From a virus (lineage: Duplodnaviria; Heunggongvirae; Uroviricota; Caudoviricetes): 64,000 nucleotides of DNA. The notes below the pieces were generated by a model that made no database searches, was not told the DNA's origin, and was given only the letters and a program-made list of their open reading frames with translations. The DNA lies in IMG/VR virus record IMGVR_UViG_3300023184_000031, positions 42,256-106,255 of that record; one strand, 5' to 3'. Made by a program: the position numbers and the translations under genes. Below, one piece after another: positions 56,906-64,000 of the stretch. The first letter of the stretch is position 1. The number at the start of each line of letters is the position of its first letter.

Positions 56906-59900
56906 ATGGGCTTAATATTACGTCAAACACTTACCCCCAACTCAGGAAACGGATTATCAATTAAAGGATTCGCATTATCTTATGCAGAAGGTGATGGTAA
57001 CTTTATGTACCTCCTGACTAATATGTCAGGTAGTAATATATCAATCACAGGTTCTACAGGGATAATAGGTAATTTTCAATCCGTAGGTACAGTTAATTTT
57101 CCTAGTTTAACTAATTCTACCCAAACAAATATTTTAACATATAATTCTGCTTCTGGACAATTATATTATTTAGGAACAGGATCATTAACAGTAGGTACAG
57201 CATCATGGGTAAGTTCATCTAACGTATATGGACCTTATGGATTTGATTCTATAAAAAGTGCTTCATATGCTTCTAGTTCATTTTCATCAGTAAGTGCTTC
57301 ATATGCAAGTACAGCATCATTTGTTTTAAGTGCATCATATGCACTAAGTTCTTCTCGTGCCACAACAGCTTCTTATGTTTTAAGTGCATCATATGCTTCA
57401 ACAGCATCATATGCTTTAAGTTCATCATATTCATTAAGTAGCTCATTTGCATCAACCGCATCTTATGTTTTAAGTGCATCATATGCTTTAACATCGTCGG
57501 TAGCAATAAGTGCATCATATGCTTCAACAGCATCATTTGTACTTAGCAGCTCATATGCTTTAACAGCATCACAAGCTACAAGTGCATCATATGCTTTAAG
57601 TTCATCATATACTTTAAGTAGTTCATTTGCATCAACAGCATCATTTGTATTAAGTAGCTCATATGCAACCAGTGCCTCACAGGCTAATAGTGCATCAACA
57701 ATACTTACTACAGTAGCAGGTGTAAATCAAAGTTATTATCCAACATTTGTTGATTCAACAAGTAATGGAAATCATGCTTTATATGATAATGGTAACTTAA
57801 CATACAACCCAGTAACTCAGTTATTAACAGCAACGGCTTCTTGGGCTCAATCGGCATCCTTCACTGTTAGTGCATCCTATGCTACTAGTGCTTCTCAAGC
57901 AGTAACAGCATCATATACGGTAAGTAGCTCATATGCCTCTACAGCATCAATAGCAACAAGTGCTTCATATGCTTTAACATCATCATATACATTAAGCAGT
58001 TCATATGCTACATCAGCATCAATAGCTAGTACAGCATCATATACAGTAAGTAGCTCATATGCTACTTCAGCATCTCAAGCAGCAACTGCTTCCTACACAG
58101 TAAGTAGTTCATTTGCTTCAACCGCATCCTTCACTGTTAGTGCATCCTATGCTACTAGTGCTTCTCGCGCTGTAACAGCATCATATACTGTAAGTAGCTC
58201 ATATGCAACAACAGCATCCTATACACTTAGTAGTTCATATGCAACAACATCATCATATACTTTAAGTAGTTCATTCGCTACTACAGCATCATATACATTA
58301 AGCAGCTCATTTGCTAGTACAGCATCATATACATTAAGCAGCTCATTCGCTAGTACAGCATCATATACACTTAGTAGCTCATATGCAACAAGTGCTTCTA
58401 TAGCTAATGTAACTCCAAATGTGTATGTAACAGCAGTAGCTCTAAATCAAAATTACTACCCATTATTTGTTGATGGTACAAATTCCTCAATACACGCAGT
58501 AGATGTAAATGGACAATTAACATATAATCCATCAACTCAGTTATTAACAGCAACTGCTTCTTGGGCTCAATCATCATCATACACAGTAAGTTCATCATTT
58601 GCTAGTACAGCAAGTTATGTTGTAAGTAGCTCATATGCTACTTCAGCATCTCAAGCAGCAACAGCATCATATACACTTAGTAGTTCATATGCTTCAACAG
58701 CATCATTTGTACTTAGCAGCTCATACGCAACTAGTGCATCACAAGCTACTAGTGCATCATATGCCTCTACAGCATCGTTTGTGCTTAGCAGCTCATATGC
58801 CTCAACAGCATCGTATGTTTTAAGTTCATCATTTGCTTCTACAGCATCATATGTTTTAAGTGCATCATATGCTGCTAGTGCTTCACGAGCAGTAAGTAGC
58901 TCTTATGCTGCTACGGCATCTTATGTTATTAGTGCATCATATGCTACTAGTGCATCACAAGCCACAAGCGCATCATATACATTAAGTTCATCATATGCCT
59001 CAACAGCATCTTATGTTATAAGTAGTTCATATGCAACTACAGCATCGTATGTTGCTAGTGCATCATATGCTACTAGTGCATCACAAGCAACAAGTGCTTC
59101 ATATACGCTTAGTAGCTCATATGCCTCTACAGCATCATTTGTTAATAGTGCATCTTTTGCAACAACTTCATCATATACAGTAAGTAGCTCATTTGCTGAT
59201 ACAGCAAATGTAACTCCAAATGTATATGTAACAGTAGCAGCTCAAAATCAAAGCTACTACCCATTATTTGTTGATGGTACAAATTCCACAATACACGCAG
59301 TAGATGTAAATGGTAATTTAACTTACAATCCAGTAACTCAGCTATTAACAGCAACATCATCGTGGGCTCAATCGGCATCCTTTACTGTTAGTGCATCCTA
59401 TGCTACTAGTGCTTCTCGCGCTGTAACAGCATCATATACCCTTAGCAGCTCATATGCCTCAACAGCATCGTATGTACTTAGCTCATCATATGCCTCTACA
59501 GCATCCTATGTTTTAAGTGCCTCATACGCAACTAGTGCATCACAAGCATTAAGTTCATCATATTCATTAAGTAGCTCATATGCAACTAGTGCATCACAAG
59601 CTACAAGTGCATCATATGCCTCAACAGCATCGTTTGTGCTTAGCAGCTCATATGCCTCAACAGCATCATTTGTATTGAGTTCATCATATGCCTCTACAGC
59701 ATCAATAGCAACCAGTGCATCATATGCTTCAACAGCATCGTTTGTGCTTAGTAGTTCATATGCTTTATCTTCATCACAAGCAACAAGCGCATCACATGCC
59801 GCTACAGCATCATATGTTTTAAGTAGCTCATATGCAACTAGTGCTTCATATGCCTCTACAGCATCGTTTGTGCTTAGCAGCTCATATGCTTCAACAGCAT

Positions 59901-62900
59901 CGTTTGTGCTTAGCAGTTCATATGCAACAAGTGCATCACAAGCTACAAGTGCATCATACGCGTCTACAGCATCGTTTGTGCTTAGCAGCTCATATGCCTC
60001 TACAGCATCATTTGTACTTAGCAGCTCATATGCAACAAGTGCATCATATGCTACTAGTGCATCATACGCCTTTAATAGTACAACAGCATCATATGTTAAT
60101 CTAACAGCAGGACCAGGTATTACAATTAATGCAACAACGATTACAGCATCTGTTAGAGCAGTAAACGGGATAGGACCAGATAATATTACAGGTAACATAG
60201 CAACATCATTAACAGCTGTAAAAACAGGTTTATCATCATCCGGTACTAATAATCTTGTAGTATCTTCATCAGGAGCATTAACAGGTTCCATACCTCAAGG
60301 ATTAATTTGGGTTGTTTCAGGAGAAACAGGACCTAAATCAGGAAGTAATGGTGAAGCTTGGATATTTGTCCCATCTGGATCATCTCCAGGAGTAACAACA
60401 GGTTCATGGTACCTATTATCAGGAATTAATTCAGCAGCAATAGGTGCTTCTTATCTACCATTAGCTGGTGGTACAATGACTGGTAATATTACTATGGGTT
60501 CTGGTATTAGTTTACTTGGTACTGCTAGTTGGGCTGCAAGTGCATCAAATGCAGTAAGTTCTCAAACGGCATCTTATCTACCAGTAGCAACATATCAAAT
60601 AACATCAAGTTGGGCAGTAAGCTCATCTCAAGCTGTATCATCATCATATGCAACAACATCATCATATACATTAAGCAGCTCATTCGCTAGTACAGCATCA
60701 TATACACTTAGTAGTTCATATGCAACAACAGCATCCTATACACTTAGTAGTTCATATGCAACAACATCATCATATACGCTTAGTAGCTCATTCGCTAATA
60801 CAGCATCATATACTTTAAGTAGTTCATTCGCTACTACAGCATCATATGTCTTAAGTGCATCATATGCCGCTACAGCATCATATACGCTTAGTAGCTCATA
60901 TGCTGGAACTTCTTCACTTGTTAATATCCTATCATCAAGTGCAAATCAATCATATAGTGTACTTTTCACTCCAGAAACTTCAGGATCACAAGCATTATAT
61001 GTTGATAGTAGTACTGGTTCTTTAACTTATAATCCAAGTACTAATATATTAACCGCTACAGCATCATATGCTCTTGTAGCATCACAATCACAATATCCAT
61101 TTTCAACAACAGGATCTACAATATATTCAACATATCCTGCAGCAGGTCCTTTTTCTATAACCCCAATATATAGTATTATTATAGGTCAAAGTGCTGGTCA
61201 AAATGCTATTGGGGCTAATACTTCAATTTTTATAGGTTCAGGATCAGGTCAACTTGCTATTAATGCTGATAACTCAGTATTTCTAGGAAACAAAGCAGGA
61301 TACAATTCCAGTGCTGCAAATAATTCAACATTTATAGGTCAAAATGCAGGAGGCAATGCAGGTAATGCAAATAATTCAACATTTATAGGTCAAAGTGCTG
61401 GTAATGGTGCAACAAAGGCTATTAATTCTATATTCATTGGCACTTCTACTGGTCAATATCAATCAGCAACTTCATATTCTATAGCATTAGGAAATGGAGC
61501 TGGACAAAATTTTACAGGTGTTGCTGCTGGTAATATGGGATCTAATAATATTATAATAGGTACAAGAATAACAGTAGCTGTAGGACAATCAAATAGTATT
61601 AATATTGGTGGTTTAATATTTGGAACAGGATCAAATTTTGCAACCTCCGGTGCTCCATCATCTGGATCAGCAGGCGGTAAAATAGGTATTAATGTCCCTG
61701 CTCCATCATATAATTTCCAAGTATCAGGTACTGTAGCATTTAGTAATTTAGATGATAATGCACTATTACCGCTAGTACGTGTTGTAATGGCTGATAGCAA
61801 TGGCCAATTATTCTACACAGCATCATCAGCAATAGGAGGTGGTGGAGGAGGCGGTGGAACACCACAAGGCAATAACACAGAGATACAATATAATAATAAC
61901 GGTGTGTTTGGTGGATTAAGCGTTTTAACATACGACGCTACACCAGGTGCCGGATTAGTAGGAACAGGTTCATTTACCGGTTCATTCAGCGGATCATTAT
62001 TCGGATCAGCTAGTTATGCTACTTCAGCTTCCTTTGCAACAACAGCATCGTATGCCCTTAGCGCATCATATGCTTTAAGTAGTAGTTATGCTACTACGGC
62101 ATCATATGCAACAACCGCAGTAACATCCTCATATCCATTATCAACAATAGGTACAGCATTATATCCAACCTACGTTACAACTAGTGATTTTGCAACTCTT
62201 CACTCTGTATTCCTAGGCCAAAATGCTGGTACTTATACATCAGGGGGAACTGGAGCTACTCTTACTGCTTATACTACAATGATAGGTCAAGATGCAGGTA
62301 GTGGTTCACAATATGCTAGACACTCTAATTTTATAGGATATAGAGCAGGTAATGTAGGTGGTTTAAGCTCAGTAACGAATGAATCTAACTTTATAGGTAA
62401 ACAATCAGGGGAATATGCTTACTTTGCTAACGCCTCAAATTTCTTTGGAGGATTAGCTGGTGGTTCAGCTACAAGCGCTTCAAACTCTAATTTCTTTGGC
62501 TCTCAAGCAGGTCAAAACTCATCAAATGCTTCAAACTCTAATTTCTTTGGTCAACAAGCAGGTAGACAAGCAATAAGTGCTAGTTATTCAACGTTTATTG
62601 GTTATAAAGTAGGACTTGCTCCTACTACTGCTAATAGTGTTGGTTCTAATAACATTATAATAGGTACAAATATTACATTACCTATAACGGCGTCTAATGC
62701 TATTAATATAGGTGGTGTATTATTTGGATCTGGATCATATGCAACAACAACCGGCAATCCATCATCTGGATCAGCAGGCGGTAAAATAGGTATTAATGTT
62801 CCTCTCCCATCATATAGTCTCCATGTATCAGGTACTGTTGGATTTACAAATTTAGTAACATCATCTGCTGCTGTTACAAACGTAGTAGTAGCTGATGGTA

Positions 62901-63190
62901 ATGGCCAATTATGGGTTACAGCATCATCAGCAGTAGGACCTACAACTCCTGCCGGTGTAAAAGCAGGATCAGGCTCAGTAGCTTCATTTACAGGTAACCC
63001 ATCATCATCTGCAGTAACATTCGGAACATCATTTGGTAATAATTTATATGCTGTAGCAGTAACAGGGGAAGATGAAAGATCATGGACTATAGTAAGCAAA
63101 TCAGCAACCGGATTTACAATAAATTCAAATTCAATTGTACCATTAACAGGACCTGTTTATTGGATAGCAACACCATTTAGTAACGCATAA
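56906..63190 (+). CDS. Giant Ser/Ala/Thr hexapeptide-repeat fibre protein, 2094 aa
   Basis: N-terminal IKG.ALSYAEGDGNF attachment-like motif; [ST][AS]S[YF]xx arrays; YYP.FV...LTYNP spacers; two NS.FIG-repeat head units. Confidence 0.8.
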   Translation: MGLILRQTLTPNSGNGLSIKGFALSYAEGDGNFMYLLTNMSGSNISITGSTGIIGNFQSVGTVNFPSLTNSTQTNILTYNSASGQLYYLGTGSLTVGTASWVSSSNVYGPYGFDSIKSASYASSSFSSVSASYASTASFVLSASYALSSSRATTASYVLSASYASTASYALSSSYSLSSSFASTASYVLSASYALTSSVAISASYASTASFVLSSSYALTASQATSASYALSSSYTLSSSFASTASFVLSSSYATSASQANSASTILTTVAGVNQSYYPTFVDSTSNGNHALYDNGNLTYNPVTQLLTATASWAQSASFTVSASYATSASQAVTASYTVSSSYASTASIATSASYALTSSYTLSSSYATSASIASTASYTVSSSYATSASQAATASYTVSSSFASTASFTVSASYATSASRAVTASYTVSSSYATTASYTLSSSYATTSSYTLSSSFATTASYTLSSSFASTASYTLSSSFASTASYTLSSSYATSASIANVTPNVYVTAVALNQNYYPLFVDGTNSSIHAVDVNGQLTYNPSTQLLTATASWAQSSSYTVSSSFASTASYVVSSSYATSASQAATASYTLSSSYASTASFVLSSSYATSASQATSASYASTASFVLSSSYASTASYVLSSSFASTASYVLSASYAASASRAVSSSYAATASYVISASYATSASQATSASYTLSSSYASTASYVISSSYATTASYVASASYATSASQATSASYTLSSSYASTASFVNSASFATTSSYTVSSSFADTANVTPNVYVTVAAQNQSYYPLFVDGTNSTIHAVDVNGNLTYNPVTQLLTATSSWAQSASFTVSASYATSASRAVTASYTLSSSYASTASYVLSSSYASTASYVLSASYATSASQALSSSYSLSSSYATSASQATSASYASTASFVLSSSYASTASFVLSSSYASTASIATSASYASTASFVLSSSYALSSSQATSASHAATASYVLSSSYATSASYASTASFVLSSSYASTASFVLSSSYATSASQATSASYASTASFVLSSSYASTASFVLSSSYATSASYATSASYAFNSTTASYVNLTAGPGITINATTITASVRAVNGIGPDNITGNIATSLTAVKTGLSSSGTNNLVVSSSGALTGSIPQGLIWVVSGETGPKSGSNGEAWIFVPSGSSPGVTTGSWYLLSGINSAAIGASYLPLAGGTMTGNITMGSGISLLGTASWAASASNAVSSQTASYLPVATYQITSSWAVSSSQAVSSSYATTSSYTLSSSFASTASYTLSSSYATTASYTLSSSYATTSSYTLSSSFANTASYTLSSSFATTASYVLSASYAATASYTLSSSYAGTSSLVNILSSSANQSYSVLFTPETSGSQALYVDSSTGSLTYNPSTNILTATASYALVASQSQYPFSTTGSTIYSTYPAAGPFSITPIYSIIIGQSAGQNAIGANTSIFIGSGSGQLAINADNSVFLGNKAGYNSSAANNSTFIGQNAGGNAGNANNSTFIGQSAGNGATKAINSIFIGTSTGQYQSATSYSIALGNGAGQNFTGVAAGNMGSNNIIIGTRITVAVGQSNSINIGGLIFGTGSNFATSGAPSSGSAGGKIGINVPAPSYNFQVSGTVAFSNLDDNALLPLVRVVMADSNGQLFYTASSAIGGGGGGGGTPQGNNTEIQYNNNGVFGGLSVLTYDATPGAGLVGTGSFTGSFSGSLFGSASYATSASFATTASYALSASYALSSSYATTASYATTAVTSSYPLSTIGTALYPTYVTTSDFATLHSVFLGQNAGTYTSGGTGATLTAYTTMIGQDAGSGSQYARHSNFIGYRAGNVGGLSSVTNESNFIGKQSGEYAYFANASNFFGGLAGGSATSASNSNFFGSQAGQNSSNASNSNFFGQQAGRQAISASYSTFIGYKVGLAPTTANSVGSNNIIIGTNITLPITASNAINIGGVLFGSGSYATTTGNPSSGSAGGKIGINVPLPSYSLHVSGTVGFTNLVTSSAAVTNVVVADGNGQLWVTASSAVGPTTPAGVKAGSGSVASFTGNPSSSAVTFGTSFGNNLYAVAVTGEDERSWTIVSKSATGFTINSNSIVPLTGPVYWIATPFSNA

Positions 63191-63205
63191 TATTTATATT
63201 AAAAC

Positions 63206-64000
63206 ATGGCCATATTCACTTCAGACTCAGGTAGCTTTTATGATTTAAGAGTATCTAGTAGTTTAGCAGTATCAGGATCAACTTATTTAACTTTAGCCAC
63301 ATCATCAACAACAGTTATTAATGTTGTAATGGTTAATACAGCATCCGGTCAACTATATTATACAGCATCAACAGCAGTTGCTAATGCTTCCGTATTCCCT
63401 TATACTGGTAGTGCAATAATAACAGGCTCACTAGTTGTAACAGGAGCAATATCTTCTATATCAGGAGGATTTACAGGATCATTATTTGGAACTGCATCAT
63501 ATGTTTCTGGATCTGTATATACTAGTTTTAATCCTGCATTAAGTGCATCATATGCTTCCGGCTCTACAAGTGCATCATATGCCTTAAGCTCATCACGTGC
63601 TGTAACATCATCATATGCATTAAGTGCATCTGTAGCAACAAGTGCATCATATGCATTAAGTGCATCTGTAGCAACAAGTGCATCATATGCATTAAGTGCA
63701 TCTGTAGCAACAAGTGCATCATATGCCCAATCAGCGGCTACTGCTTCAAATATAGTTGTTGCTGTACCTAGTGCCGCTAATACAACTTACTATATAACAT
63801 TTGTAACAGCATCTACTAGTGCACCACAACCACTAGATGTAACGGGTAATTTAACATATAATAATACTTCACAATTATTAAATGCTACAGCATCATGGGC
63901 TCAATCATCTTCTATTGCTATTAGTGCATCATATGCATTAAGTAGTAGCTATGCTCTAAGTAGCTCATATGCATTAAGTAGCTCATATGCATTAAGTGCA
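63206..64000 (+). CDS. Further SASYA-repeat fibre protein, 3'-partial (not in ORF track)
   Basis: ATG 63206 after ATATTTAT at 63190-63197; MAIFTSDSGSFYDLRVSSS...FPYTGSAIITGS...; open to the window end. Confidence 0.8.
   Translation, partial: MAIFTSDSGSFYDLRVSSSLAVSGSTYLTLATSSTTVINVVMVNTASGQLYYTASTAVANASVFPYTGSAIITGSLVVTGAISSISGGFTGSLFGTASYVSGSVYTSFNPALSASYASGSTSASYALSSSRAVTSSYALSASVATSASYALSASVATSASYALSASVATSASYAQSAATASNIVVAVPSAANTTYYITFVTASTSAPQPLDVTGNLTYNNTSQLLNATASWAQSSSIAISASYALSSSYALSSSYALSSSYALSA
63611..63718 (+). repeat. Perfect 36-bp tandem repeat, 3 copies
   Basis: TCATATGCATTAAGTGCATCTGTAGCAACAAGTGCA encoding SYALSASVATSA. Confidence 0.9.

Noticed and set aside
57270-60120. Dense repeats that might be a CRISPR array
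   Set aside because: Repeats are in-frame, degenerate and contiguous, with no unique spacers; they are coding repeats of the fibre protein.
1205-63099. Numerous minus-strand and off-frame ORFs in the track (e.g. 18973-19419, 20869-21366, 59506-60291, 62602-63099)
   Set aside because: They lie inside well-supported plus-strand genes and read as antisense shadows of repetitive codons (YDA, EAY, LLLKHMM); no independent motifs or promoters.
1-64000. Alternative genetic code (TAG or TGA reassignment), as in some large phages
   Set aside because: Core genes are full length in code 11, and TAG and TGA act as real stops, including ATGA overlaps.
56906-64000. Diversity-generating retroelement or invertase shufflon acting on fibre genes
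   Set aside because: No reverse transcriptase or recombinase seen, no adenine-specific TR/VR pair, and no inverted cassettes.
1-64000. tRNA or other known RNA genes
   Set aside because: No intergenic gap showed a cloverleaf or T-loop signature by eye; a tRNAscan or Infernal run would be needed to exclude them formally.

Overview
A 64 kb, AT-rich, entirely plus-strand segment of a large T4-like (myovirus) phage genome read in the standard genetic code. A-rich leaders with almost no Shine-Dalgarno sequence suggest a Bacteroidota host (inference). 1-39.5 kb is the virion module: terminase, portal, prohead protease, scaffold, major capsid, PhoH, neck and tail-completion proteins, fibre genes, sheath, tube, tape measure, baseplate and a hub with a lambda-type lysozyme. 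39.5-49.1 kb is replication and nucleotide metabolism: a short family-A polymerase, SSB, RecA/UvsX, 5'-3' exonuclease, DnaB, thioredoxin and class II RNR. 50.2-55.4 kb is a 7-deazaguanine cluster (queD, TGT/DpdA-like gene, queC, queE, folE). 56.9-64 kb holds giant Ser/Ala/Thr repeat fibre genes. Four free-standing homing endonucleases and one remnant are scattered through the window. Best leads: (1) two short peptide tags shared by unrelated proteins, one a copy of the scaffold C-terminal helix (RMQxLAG) and one an N-terminal MIKLxD(I/L)(L/I)xE leader, which may load cargo such as a minimal kinase into the capsid; (2) a +1/-2 frameshift candidate at a T7 run just before the tape-measure gene; (3) an N-terminal Hint domain that looks able only to cleave at its C-terminus; (4) a divergent TGT-fold candidate for inserting deazaguanine into DNA; (5) a PolA with His at the steric-gate position; (6) a recurring ATATTTAT promoter-like motif. 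All family assignments come from motif recognition by eye; no database search was run.
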